Source of the DNA: Psychrobacter sp. DM4
GTDB taxonomy: Bacteria > Pseudomonadota > Gammaproteobacteria > Pseudomonadales > Moraxellaceae
DNA length: 32,000 nucleotides
Direction: 5' to 3'
NCBI RefSeq assembly: GCF_051307035.1
Contig: NZ_CP195536.1
Coordinates: forward strand, 2,340,001 to 2,372,000
The position numbers and the translations under genes are program-made. Below the pieces are notes generated by a model. That model worked only from the letters and a program-made list of their open reading frames with translations. It did not search any database and was not told the origin of the DNA. This document shows positions 8,415-18,252 of this stretch, one piece after another. Every line of letters starts with the position of its first letter. The first letter of the stretch is position 1.

Positions 8415-9266
8415 ATGCGTATTATGACAATCTCGGACATCGGCAACCCTTTGACCACTGATAGCGATACTTCCGCTATCGCCTTTTTTGGCAAGATGCT
8501 GACTTTTTCGCGCTTACAGCTTAATAGCAATGATCTAAATACAATCGATGCTCAATTGTCCAATACGATCGATAATAAAAATACCAATACACCCGTAATC
8601 ATCGATAGTGAGATCGAGCAAGATCTGCCAGCGTTAATCGACTTGCTATGGTCTTGGGGACTACAACCTATTGGCGTCCTAAAAGGTGTTCTTGAGCCTC
8701 AAGCACGCATACAGAAGCTAGCTATATTCCCAGCAGATGGCAAGCGAATTGAGCGCATCATACCGAGTAAAAAAACTGTTGTTCAAGTCAGTGAAAACGC
8801 TATAGAACCTAAAGAAACTACCAAAGGCATCTCTGCTACTACCGAGGCTCATACTACAAATCAAGTCAGCCAAACCCAAACGACACTATCTACCGATGCA
8901 CCTCACACCTTACTGAGTGACGTGCATATTACCAGTCTTATCTATGATCAAGTACTGCGTTCAGGTCAAAGTCTAAACCATGTCGGTGGTGATTTGATAT
9001 TGACCAATAGTGTCAATAGCGGCGCTGAAGCGATCACTGATAATAACTTGCATGTCTATGCACGAGCACAAGGTCGCCTAGTTGCTGGTGCTACAGGGGA
9101 TCAAGACGCACGTATATTCTGTCAGGTCTTTAACCCCTCATTGGTATCAGTCGCAGGAACCTATTGCCTACGGGATAACTTGCCTGAACATCTGATAGAC
9201 AAACCTGTACAAGTTCGCTTCGTCGATGGTCAGGGTCTTGTGTTTACGATGATGGACACAGTCTAG
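8415..9266 (+). CDS. minC: septum site-determining protein MinC
   Basis: The C-terminal beta-helix region, LRSGQSLNHVGGDLILTNSVNSGAEAITDNNLHVYARAQGRLVAGATGDQDARIFC, is typical of MinC. The gene lies upstream of minDE. Confidence 0.85.
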   Translation: MRIMTISDIGNPLTTDSDTSAIAFFGKMLTFSRLQLNSNDLNTIDAQLSNTIDNKNTNTPVIIDSEIEQDLPALIDLLWSWGLQPIGVLKGVLEPQARIQKLAIFPADGKRIERIIPSKKTVVQVSENAIEPKETTKGISATTEAHTTNQVSQTQTTLSTDAPHTLLSDVHITSLIYDQVLRSGQSLNHVGGDLILTNSVNSGAEAITDNNLHVYARAQGRLVAGATGDQDARIFCQVFNPSLVSVAGTYCLRDNLPEHLIDKPVQVRFVDGQGLVFTMMDTV

Positions 9267-9641
9267 GCGATAACGTCTGATCGTGAGTGGATAACCATGC
9301 TCATTCATACAGTATATATACTAAAGTTTATGTATCTAAGTAAAAATTATAAACTAATAAAATTTGGCTTCATAATATAGTAAGTTTTTTTAACAAAACT
9401 GCGCTACTATATATCTTTAACTCAGCCACTATCTATATAGATTGAAGCTTGTTACATTATATGACTTAGAGATAAGATCATCTCGGTTTTCATACTTTAT
9501 TTATGCCAAGTATCGGTTATTGTATGTCAGCTATAAATTTGTATATAGGTGTGCTAGGCTTGCGTTCGCAAGTAGCACATGCACCACAAATGCATTATCT
9601 CATTTAATAAATATTCCACTGATAGATAGGAGTGTGCCATC

Positions 9642-10457
9642 GTGGCAAAAATTGTTGTAATCACTTCAGGTAAAGGCGGTGTTGGTAAAACCACCACCAG
9701 TGCCTCTTTTGCTGCTGGTTTGGCATTGCGCGGTTATAAGACCGTTGTCATCGACTTCGATGTCGGTCTACGTAATCTCGACTTAATTATGGGCTGCGAG
9801 AACCGCATTGTTTATGATTTTGTTGACGTGATTAGTGGTAATGCTCGCCTATCGCAAGCCTTAGTCAAAGACAAAAAACTTGAGAACTTGTATATTCTAC
9901 CTGCCAGTCAAACGCGAGATAAAGATGCGCTGACTGATGACGGTGTTAGTGAAGTTATGGATGAGCTCTCAAAGCAATTTGACTATATTATATGCGACTC
10001 GCCTGCTGGTATCGAGCGCGGAGCGCAACTTGCGATGTATCATGCTGATGAAGCCATTATCGTGACCAATCCTGAAATCTCCTCTGTACGTGACTCAGAT
10101 CGTATCATTGGTATCCTACAAAGCCGTACCAAAAAGGTTGAAGAGGGTCATGGCTCTATCCGTGAGCATCTGATTATCACCCGCTACAATGCTGAGCGCG
10201 CGGCTGCCAATGAGATGATGGATATCGATACCATATCGAATGACATCTTAAAAGTGCCTCTGTTAGGTGTTATACCTGAGAGTCACTCTGTATTGGAAGC
10301 ATCTAACCATGGCGAACCTGTTATTCATTATACCGATTCTGTCGCTGGTCAATGTTATGACGATATCGTTGCTCGCTTTTTGGGCGAAGAGCGTCCTATT
10401 CGTCATCTTGATATCAAAAAGAGAAGTCTGTTACAGCGCTGGTTTGGAGGTCAATAA
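9642..10457 (+). CDS. minD: septum site-determining ATPase MinD
   Basis: It has the deviant Walker A motif [10 protein letters not shown], and the full-length sequence is MinD-like. The start is GTG, with AGGAG 10 nt upstream. Confidence 0.95.
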   Translation: MAKIVVITSGKGGVGKTTTSASFAAGLALRGYKTVVIDFDVGLRNLDLIMGCENRIVYDFVDVISGNARLSQALVKDKKLENLYILPASQTRDKDALTDDGVSEVMDELSKQFDYIICDSPAGIERGAQLAMYHADEAIIVTNPEISSVRDSDRIIGILQSRTKKVEEGHGSIREHLIITRYNAERAAANEMMDIDTISNDILKVPLLGVIPESHSVLEASNHGEPVIHYTDSVAGQCYDDIVARFLGEERPIRHLDIKKRSLLQRWFGGQ

Positions 10458-10744
10458 TGAGTAAGAAAAAAGGATTTTGGAGTAGCCTATTTGGTACCGA
10501 AGATAGCAATGCTGGCAGCGCTAATATGGCGACTGAACGTCTAAAGGTCATCGTTGCAAGTGAAAACCGATTGAATAATCGTCTGACCGCTGATCGTATT
10601 GAAAAGATGAAACGTGAGATATTAGAAGTCGTCAACAAGTACGTCAACGGCGTGCAGATCGACGATGTCAATATTAACCATCGTTCAGAAGACAGCCTAG
10701 ATGTACTCGAGATGAATATTAGCTTGCCAGAACATAAAAAGTAA
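10457..10744 (+). CDS. minE: cell division topological specificity factor MinE
   Basis: 95-aa ORF whose ATG overlaps the minD stop (taATGa). The N-terminal FWSSLFG membrane-targeting region and the RLKVIVA motif are present. Confidence 0.9.
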   Translation: MSKKKGFWSSLFGTEDSNAGSANMATERLKVIVASENRLNNRLTADRIEKMKREILEVVNKYVNGVQIDDVNINHRSEDSLDVLEMNISLPEHKK

Positions 10745-10770
10745 CGACTTATTGTCTGTGCTGCTGTCAA

Positions 10771-10801
10771 AAACCCTAAACATAATGTTTAGGGTTTTTT
10801 T
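10771..10801. terminator. bidirectional rho-independent terminator (minE on plus; the 168-aa gene and chpA operon on minus)
   Basis: A perfect 11-bp stem, aaaccctaaac / gtttagggttt, has a 5-nt loop. A T-run follows on the plus strand, and the flanking A-run gives a T-run on the minus strand. Confidence 0.85.
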
Positions 10802-10834
10802 GTGCAGGTCTTAATTATGGTTATAAAATGAGAA

Positions 10835-11341
10835 CTAATGGTTATTAGTTAAATAGTGAGCCATTTTATCTATATCAGGTATAAGGTACGCGGTATCTTC
10901 TATCATAACCGTTTGATACAGATAAGAGGATAAAGAATCAGCTCTAAGCGTCGTATCGGACTCATTTTTCTCCATATTGGATTTTGGGCTTAAGTAGTGA
11001 TCAGGCGTATCGATATCCTTTACGTCAGAGATACGTACACGAAGGGAGCGAGGCATTCCTGTACTTTGTAACGCGATGCGATGCTCGCTCGTATTGCCTT
11101 CTAATACAATAATTTTGCTTGGGGTCTGACCTCGAACAAAGAGATGAAATACAGGAAGCTGCTGCTGTTGCCAAGGGTAATGCAAAGTATATTCAGCGTA
11201 GTCCTTTATGTCTAAAATTAGGCTAGTGGGAAGGATCCAATCAGGCTGATCAATTGCTGGGATGACCGTCACCTCCAACATACCGTTACTGGTTGTCAGT
11301 AGACTGACAGCTTCAAAAGAGTGTTTTACAATCTCGCTCAT
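10835..11341 (-). CDS. hypothetical protein; possibly a highly divergent CheW-like (ChpC-position) coupling protein
   Basis: 168-aa ORF lying 51 nt downstream of chpA on the same strand. By eye it shows a loose CheW-domain pattern: ..QQQLPVFHLF.., ..KIIVLEGNTSEHRIALQSTGMPRSLRVRISDVKDI.., ..YQTVMIEDTAYLIPDIDKM... The protein-coding call is firmer than the family call. Confidence 0.55.
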   Translation of the reverse strand: MSEIVKHSFEAVSLLTTSNGMLEVTVIPAIDQPDWILPTSLILDIKDYAEYTLHYPWQQQQLPVFHLFVRGQTPSKIIVLEGNTSEHRIALQSTGMPRSLRVRISDVKDIDTPDHYLSPKSNMEKNESDTTLRADSLSSYLYQTVMIEDTAYLIPDIDKMAHYLTNNH

Positions 11342-11392
11342 ATAGCGCTCACAATAATTTAGGTGTTTGAGAATAAGGCTAAAGCTCTACCC

Positions 11393-14300
11393 TTATCCCT
11401 CATAAGTCAGACTATTATTAGTAGCTAATAGACGCTGGATATTATCAAGGAGCTCGTTTTCTTGGAAAGGCTTACCCATATAGTCATCGACACCAATCTC
11501 AAGCGCACGCGCACGATGCTTTTCACCCGTACGCGAGGTAATCATAATAATCGGAATATGTTGTAAGCGCTTACTATTTCTAATTTGGATGGCAACTTCA
11601 AAGCCATCCATGCGCGGCATCTCAATGTCTAGCAAAATGAGATCAGGCAACGTCTCTTGTAATATCTCAACTGCATCTACACCGTCTTTTGCCAAGGTAA
11701 CGGTATACTCTTGACGCTCCAAAAAGCGCGATGTGACTTTACGTACAGTCACTGAGTCATCCACTATTAGGACATGTGGCTGGGCTGACGACTGTTTAGC
11801 GCCTTGTTTAGTCAATGGCACTATGGGTTCAAGCATTGACGCATTACGCATTAGCGCAATAGGATCTAGTATCAGCATGACAGAACCGTCACCCATGATC
11901 GTCGCTGCCGAAATGCCTTGTATATGTGATAGCTGACGTCCTAATGGTTTGACTACTACTTCAATACGCGACCCTGCTATTTGGTCCACTTGCAATGCAA
12001 TGTTCTGTCCGCTGCTGTTCTTGATAATGATGAGCGGTAGGCTAACATTGGTACTGACTATAAGATCGTTGAGCTGATTGCCTGATAATATCTCGTTTAG
12101 ATAACGTACTCGGTAATCTACATCATCAATCTGTAAGGTTGTCGCACCTGACTGGTAATGATCTTGTAGCTTTTCTGGGTTGACTCGTACCACGCGTTCG
12201 ATCTGTACTAAAGGAATAGCATAGTAGCGATCAGCTGCGCGAACAACTAACGCATCAGATATGGCAACGGTCAATGGTACGCGTATAGTAAAGCGCGAAC
12301 CTACTCCTGCCTCTGATGTCACTGATACTGAGCCACCGAGCTGACGGATCTCACTAATAACGACATCCATGCCCACACCGCGACCCGATATTTGGGTCAC
12401 TTTTTGCGTAGTCGTGATACCAGCATTAAAGATGTATTGCATAATATCACTATCAGTAAGGCTAGTATCACTCTCCTCGATCAAGCCTTGAGAGACCGCC
12501 TTTTTACGTACGGACTCGACATCAATACCGCCGCCATCATCTGTCAACATAATGACGATCTCACTACCTTCTCGCAATACCTCCAAGGAGATATTTCCCT
12601 GACTACTCTTGCCAGCATTTAGGCGAGTTTTGGTATCTTCAACACCATGATCGACAGCATTGCGCAACATATGCTCTAAGGGCGATGTGATACGCTCTAA
12701 GATAGTTCTATCTATCTCGCCTTCTGCATTTTTAATCGTCAGCTCAACTTTTTTATCGAGTTGATTGGCTGTTTGACGGACAGTACGCTCAAGACGCGGT
12801 TTCAGACGCGTGAACGGCACCATTCTTGAATTCATAAGCCCATCTTGGAGCTCCGTTTGCGTGCGAGATAGCTGTAATAATAGACTTTCGCTATCTCGAG
12901 TCTTTTCAAGCAAGGTGCTGTTAATATCAATTAAATCAGAAGCCGACTCTGTCAGTGATTTGGACAACTGATTCAATGAGGAATACTGATCCATCTCCAA
13001 AGGATCGAAGCCTTCATGTCCAATCAGCTCCTCATCAATCTGCGATAGAATTTGCGCTTCAAGCTCAATCTCCATCCGGCGCAGCTGGTCAGCCAGGCGT
13101 TGTACCGTTGTTCCCATCTCCTCAATACTACTAGTCAAGCTACTCATACCCATATCGATACGGGCACGGTTAATCGCTGACTCACCAGATAGGTTAATCA
13201 TGTGCTCAATTAGGCCACCTGATATGCGAATCATCTCATTACTATCGGTGCGCTGCTCTTGTTGCGCGAACTGCCCACTCATAGCAGGCATAGTACTAAT
13301 ATCGTGGGTGATGATACGGGTACTGATATCGTAATTGGCATCTAGTGCTTGTAGCTGATCTGAGTCTTGAGTCAATGTCTCTAATATTTGTTTTGAAGGC
13401 GTTGCGGTCTGCAAAACAGTCTTTGTTGGCGATTGAGACTGTAATTGCGAGTCTGACGGCAAGATAGCATGAGCCGCTAAGAGCGAGCGGCGTTGTTCCT
13501 CAAGAGATTCATCTGGTACAGACACTAAGCGCGCTGGATCTTTGATGAACTGTTGAAGCGCATTTATTAGCGCGGTGGGTAATGCTGGGTTAACTCGTTG
13601 CTCGAGTATAGAGGTAGCATCAGCCAACCAATCGTGACAAGCGACTAACAACGCTACGATAATATCAGTAGTAGGACGACGCTTAGTTGCCAGATACTCA
13701 TAGACAGTCTCCATCTCGTGAGCTAAGTCTGCAATTCCACTTGCAGCGACCATACGTGCGCCGCCCTTTAATGTATGCAGGTCTCGCTGCAATGCTTGGA
13801 CAGCATCCGCCGCATCAGCATCGTTCATAAATGCGAGTAAGTCTTTATCGCGATTGGTGATCTCTTCAGCTTCTTCTAAGAACACTGCCAAAATATCGCT
13901 ATCTGGCGAACCATTCGGCCAAGAGCTGTTGATGATGTCATCCAAACTCATCTGTTCTTCTGAGGTACTTTGTATATCCGTATGCGGCTTTGTAGCGATA
14001 GTTGTCGGTGCTGGTACTGGCAGTATAAGCTCAACTTGCTCTGGTAGTAATTTGTTTCGTACAAATTCTTCCAACTGAGCAATTAAAGACGCGGCAAAGA
14101 AGGACTCATTATGATTAACAGTATGAGTAATCTGTAGCGATAAGGTGTCTTGTACTCTCTGCATCACATCAACCCACTGCGCTGTCGGTGCTATTCGTCC
14201 TTCTATAAAGCTCTCATAAATACTTTCTACTTCATGAGTTAAAGCTGCGATACTCTTGATCTCAGCCATCTGCGCGCCACCTTTGATGGTGTGCAGGTAA

Positions 14301-17300
14301 CGTTGCAACTCTTTTAGCGCACCAAAGTCATTAATATCAGCGCGCCATTTAGTGAATGCTTGAGCGATTGCACTATCAAGCTCCTGTGCCTCCTCCAAAA
14401 AGATCTCTAATAGCTCAGCATCGGTATCAATAGCTTCGCTACGAGTCTCTGGGTCGCGGCGGCTTTTAACTGGAGCAATACTAGTCGTTTCTGTATCGAT
14501 AGTTGGCATCTGGCTACTACTATTGTCTACAGAATGACTATCACCTTCATCGCTACTATCATCGATCAAGTTGTTTAAGTTTTCAAGGACTTGTGTATCC
14601 ACCTTCAAGGACATACTAGCGGCTAACGCATCAAATAAATCAACGAGCTGCGCATGACCATCTAAAAGTATACTTTGAATATCACTGTCATAAGCTTTTT
14701 GGGGATGAGTGCTTAAGTAGTTATAAGCGTGATCTAAAGCACTGAGTAGAGTGCTAAATTTTTGTGATTCTTGGGTTTTATGGCGTAAGCTTGCGATTTG
14801 CACTCTTTGCTTTATGATATAAGCTTTGGCCTGCTCTATACCTGACTCTCCTAGCATCTCAGTAAGCTGCCATTCAGCATCTAATAGAGAGTCAATATCA
14901 TCTTCCAATAATTCAGCAACACTGAGTTGATTGTCGGGTACTATAGTCGTATCATCAGACTCCTCAAGCATCGCTTGCAAAGACACTAAGTCTTGCTGAC
15001 TTTGTATTTGCTCAACCGTCAAGGCTTGCTGTTTTATGCTTTGTTTATAATTGCCTAGATACCCATCAATTAGAGTAACAGACTGCGTAAGCGCTATAAT
15101 ATGCTGTGCGCTCATCGGAGTATCCTGCTGCTGCAGTTGCTCCAAGCTCTTTTCTATTGCAGCGCTGACGTCACTGATGGCAATCAAGGCACTAGAGCCT
15201 GAAGCGGCTCGCAAAGTATGAAAGGCGCGAACGATATCATCGCTCACATCGACTTCAGTATCGTCTTTATGCAAGGTAACAAAATCGACAATATCTTGTA
15301 ATAATTCCTCAGCTTCTTCGATAAATATCTTACCAAACTCTTGCTCTTCTTCGCTTTGCGGCGGTATAACTACTGGTGCTTCTGCCATAACCTCATTGAT
15401 AGAGTGTATGGTCTGTAGCGTACTATCGGCGCCTTTGTCAGCTGTGGTAGTAGATACTATAGGTTCAGACTCACTGAAGTCTTGCTCACTCTTAATCACC
15501 GTATAACTAAACTCATCCCCAAGCTGCTCGCTGTAAGCGTTTGCACAAGCAATCCATAAAGGTACAGTCGCAGGGTAATCATGAGTATCGCTGGCAAATA
15601 CTGTCATCATAGTAGGATAAGCTGCCAGCACGTCAGCGATAAGTGTTTTTATGGGCGCTGAAGCGGTAATACTACCCTCCAATATCCGATTGAGCATATT
15701 CTCGATAGACCATGCAAGCTCAGCCGTGTAATTGGCACCAACCATACGCCCTGACCCTTTGAGAGTATGAAACCCGCGACGAATATCTTGCAAAACTGTT
15801 AAATTGTCAGGAGCATGTTGCCAGTCTTCATATAAAGGAGATATCTCAGTTAAGACCTCTTCCGCCTCTTCTATAAATATCTCTTTGATATCAGGATCAG
15901 CATCATGGGCGTCTACTGGTAATTGCTGAGTGTCCCGTACAAAAGGCAGTAGCACTGCAGGTAAATCCGAAGCAAATAAAGAACCTTCTTTCTCAGTATT
16001 TTTTGAGTCAGCGGCCTCTAGATCAGTATTCTCTAAGTTAGTTTTATCGTTTATATCATCGTCATCTGATAAGTTGCCGTTAGACTCAATATCATCAGTA
16101 TGCGCCATACTAGAGTCTGGATTACTCAATGAGTTATTCAGTAAAGCGCTACTGTCAGACGCTATAGCAGTAGCATCAATGCTTGGAGAATGATGACCAT
16201 CAAAGTCAGCTACCATCTTAGGTAATTGTGCTATCGCTTGAGTCACCAATGTCACTACATCATCCTGTACCTGCTCTGCACTTTCTAGGAGATGATTCAG
16301 CAAACTCTCAATAGACGATGCCATCTCGCTCATGCTCAAAGCCTCGACCATAAGGCTTAGACTTTTTAGCACATAAAAGCCGCGACGTATCTCAGTCAAA
16401 GCAGTCAGATCTTGAGGATCTTGTTGCCAAATAGGTAAAAAGTCTTGCAAGTCACTAATGACTTCCTTTGACTTCTCAACAAAAGCATTATGAGTATCAT
16501 CATCGATATCGATACTTTCAGTCTTACTATCAGTTTTACTCTCAAGCTCTTTTTCACTATCGAGCTCTTCGTATGACATCTGATCTTCAACATCGAAGCT
16601 TTCGATATTAAAGCTTTCAATGTCAAAATCATTATCCTCAATATTGTCAATATCAAGCGCTTTTATCGCTGTAAAGTCAGTATCGGCTGTACTGTTGTTA
16701 TCAACCATGCTACTGCTAGTGATATCGTCCAAATCAAAATCATCAATGACTAGATTGGAGGCTATGTCCTCTTCTGTCTTAATGAGCGTTTCTGTTTCTG
16801 TTTCTGTTTCTGGCGCAGTATCTTTTGTCTGGCTTTCTGTTGCTTGGTTATCGTCTAATGTCCGATAGATATCACTATATAATTCTTGAAGTTGCTGCTC
16901 AATCTGCTCTTGATGCTCAAACCCTGTTTCTGACGCCAAACTACGCTCTGTATCTTGGGCAATGGTGCTAGCCTGCGTTGCATAAGCAGAGTGACCACGA
17001 CGCTCAAGTCGAGTGCTAACGCGATGTAATAAAGACGCTACGGTGTGCGGATGATCTAAGTTGAATATAACGGTTTCAAGCTCAGCTAAGGTATGAGATA
17101 AAACATCGAATGCATCATCGGGCGCTGATCGGTCGACAATCAACTGTACCTGCTCATCAATCTCAGACAGAGCAAGTAGCTCAGCATAAACTACTTGTAT
17201 CAGTGCTTTGATATGATCCTCTGATAAAGTTGTATTTTGATAGCTTGAATGTGCTTGTTGTTTGATTGACTCTATGACTTGTTCTAGTTGCGCTAGCAGC

Positions 17301-18034
17301 GAAGTGTAGTCTTCAGGTAATGGGGCGCGATTATGTGCAAGATTGCGAAGCCATAGCTGACTAAGATGCCAAAGGCGTTCTTGATCAGTATTATGAGCAG
17401 TTTTTTCTAGATAATGACTGACCTTTTCTAGTACTTCAAGAATAGGCTGTTGATTATCATTAATAGTCAATAGCTGCTCTACCTGTTGACGCCAGACGAA
17501 CAACAACTGCTGATATTGATTCCCAGACAAGTTACCTTCTATGTCATACGTCGTATCATTTGTTACGTCAATATCGTTGTTGATACCAGTGTTATAATTC
17601 GCCTTATCGTTGATAATAGTGTCATCAGTAATAAAGCTGTCCTTAGTCGTAGCTGAGATATCAGATAGTATCCGCGTCAACTCGTTGGTTGTGTCGTTGA
17701 GTAGTTCGGTATGGTAGCTACCAGTTTGCACATACTCTATCAATTCGTGTTGCAATAGTTGATGAGATAATAAGCCTGTACGAGCATTTTTATTTGTTAA
17801 TGACACACGTACACTACTCTCTACTAACAAACTTAACTTAGTTGCCAGTTCTACTAGCAAAGGCATGTCAGCGATAGTTAGCGCATCGATGATCTCATGA
17901 TAATGTCGTATAGTTTGCTGAGGGTTTTGATTATCAGAACCTAGTTGCCACTCTTCAGCGACTTGTGAGATCTGCTGATTGAGTGAGGGCAATAGCCATT
18001 CAAGCGTCGCCATATCCTTAGGCTTATTTTTCAT
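11393..18034 (-). CDS. chpA: ChpA hybrid histidine kinase of the Pil-Chp system (multiple Hpt-type domains, CheA dimerisation and HATPase, CheW-like domain, C-terminal receiver)
   Basis: 2213-aa ORF.
- Four canonical Hpt motifs: RRGFHTLKGSGRM, VRAFHTLRAASGS, LQRYLHTIKGGAQM and LQRDLHTLKGGARM.
- Variant Hpt-type motifs are also present (see findings).
- CheA core: ISGGLIEHMINLSGESAINRARI, N-box HMLRNAVDHG, G1 DDGGGID and G2 SGRGVGMD.
- A CheW-like region is present.
- The receiver domain contains VLIVDDS..LILLDIEMPRMDG..KP. Confidence 0.95.
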   Translation of the reverse strand: MKNKPKDMATLEWLLPSLNQQISQVAEEWQLGSDNQNPQQTIRHYHEIIDALTIADMPLLVELATKLSLLVESSVRVSLTNKNARTGLLSHQLLQHELIEYVQTGSYHTELLNDTTNELTRILSDISATTKDSFITDDTIINDKANYNTGINNDIDVTNDTTYDIEGNLSGNQYQQLLFVWRQQVEQLLTINDNQQPILEVLEKVSHYLEKTAHNTDQERLWHLSQLWLRNLAHNRAPLPEDYTSLLAQLEQVIESIKQQAHSSYQNTTLSEDHIKALIQVVYAELLALSEIDEQVQLIVDRSAPDDAFDVLSHTLAELETVIFNLDHPHTVASLLHRVSTRLERRGHSAYATQASTIAQDTERSLASETGFEHQEQIEQQLQELYSDIYRTLDDNQATESQTKDTAPETETETETLIKTEEDIASNLVIDDFDLDDITSSSMVDNNSTADTDFTAIKALDIDNIEDNDFDIESFNIESFDVEDQMSYEELDSEKELESKTDSKTESIDIDDDTHNAFVEKSKEVISDLQDFLPIWQQDPQDLTALTEIRRGFYVLKSLSLMVEALSMSEMASSIESLLNHLLESAEQVQDDVVTLVTQAIAQLPKMVADFDGHHSPSIDATAIASDSSALLNNSLSNPDSSMAHTDDIESNGNLSDDDDINDKTNLENTDLEAADSKNTEKEGSLFASDLPAVLLPFVRDTQQLPVDAHDADPDIKEIFIEEAEEVLTEISPLYEDWQHAPDNLTVLQDIRRGFHTLKGSGRMVGANYTAELAWSIENMLNRILEGSITASAPIKTLIADVLAAYPTMMTVFASDTHDYPATVPLWIACANAYSEQLGDEFSYTVIKSEQDFSESEPIVSTTTADKGADSTLQTIHSINEVMAEAPVVIPPQSEEEQEFGKIFIEEAEELLQDIVDFVTLHKDDTEVDVSDDIVRAFHTLRAASGSSALIAISDVSAAIEKSLEQLQQQDTPMSAQHIIALTQSVTLIDGYLGNYKQSIKQQALTVEQIQSQQDLVSLQAMLEESDDTTIVPDNQLSVAELLEDDIDSLLDAEWQLTEMLGESGIEQAKAYIIKQRVQIASLRHKTQESQKFSTLLSALDHAYNYLSTHPQKAYDSDIQSILLDGHAQLVDLFDALAASMSLKVDTQVLENLNNLIDDSSDEGDSHSVDNSSSQMPTIDTETTSIAPVKSRRDPETRSEAIDTDAELLEIFLEEAQELDSAIAQAFTKWRADINDFGALKELQRYLHTIKGGAQMAEIKSIAALTHEVESIYESFIEGRIAPTAQWVDVMQRVQDTLSLQITHTVNHNESFFAASLIAQLEEFVRNKLLPEQVELILPVPAPTTIATKPHTDIQSTSEEQMSLDDIINSSWPNGSPDSDILAVFLEEAEEITNRDKDLLAFMNDADAADAVQALQRDLHTLKGGARMVAASGIADLAHEMETVYEYLATKRRPTTDIIVALLVACHDWLADATSILEQRVNPALPTALINALQQFIKDPARLVSVPDESLEEQRRSLLAAHAILPSDSQLQSQSPTKTVLQTATPSKQILETLTQDSDQLQALDANYDISTRIITHDISTMPAMSGQFAQQEQRTDSNEMIRISGGLIEHMINLSGESAINRARIDMGMSSLTSSIEEMGTTVQRLADQLRRMEIELEAQILSQIDEELIGHEGFDPLEMDQYSSLNQLSKSLTESASDLIDINSTLLEKTRDSESLLLQLSRTQTELQDGLMNSRMVPFTRLKPRLERTVRQTANQLDKKVELTIKNAEGEIDRTILERITSPLEHMLRNAVDHGVEDTKTRLNAGKSSQGNISLEVLREGSEIVIMLTDDGGGIDVESVRKKAVSQGLIEESDTSLTDSDIMQYIFNAGITTTQKVTQISGRGVGMDVVISEIRQLGGSVSVTSEAGVGSRFTIRVPLTVAISDALVVRAADRYYAIPLVQIERVVRVNPEKLQDHYQSGATTLQIDDVDYRVRYLNEILSGNQLNDLIVSTNVSLPLIIIKNSSGQNIALQVDQIAGSRIEVVVKPLGRQLSHIQGISAATIMGDGSVMLILDPIALMRNASMLEPIVPLTKQGAKQSSAQPHVLIVDDSVTVRKVTSRFLERQEYTVTLAKDGVDAVEILQETLPDLILLDIEMPRMDGFEVAIQIRNSKRLQHIPIIMITSRTGEKHRARALEIGVDDYMGKPFQENELLDNIQRLLATNNSLTYEG
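16788..16811. repeat. hexanucleotide tandem repeat (GTTTCT)x4 inside chpA, encoding (Glu-Thr)4
   Basis: The sequence gtttctgtttctgtttctgtttct is read directly. On the minus strand it encodes ETETETET within the acidic low-complexity linker of ChpA. Confidence 0.9.
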
Positions 18035-18252
18035 AGGTTATTCCTGACTCTCTGTGGCGCAAATATAGGCACTGATTATTGTCATTTATCGACTTTTGGA
18101 GATATGAGCGACTACTTGGTTGACACAATAACGTTCGGCGTTATTAGTCTCTTAGATTAACTACGAACGCCTGAGAGCTTGATTTGATAGATATCAGGCG
18201 TAATCTGGTAGTCAATATAGATAGTAGTTGTTTTTCATGTTACTCATATTTT

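Noticed and set aside
9442-9660. A 72-aa ORF in the minC-minD spacer, running into minD.
   Set aside because: It has a TTG start and no Shine-Dalgarno sequence. Its composition is AT-driven, and it overlaps the minD start out of frame.
16405-16868. ORFs 16405-16656 (minus) and 16620-16868 (plus) inside chpA.
   Set aside because: They lie in alternative frames of the acidic low-complexity ChpA linker. Their translations are Ser/Leu/Ile/Lys-rich nonsense, typical of off-frame reading of repeats.
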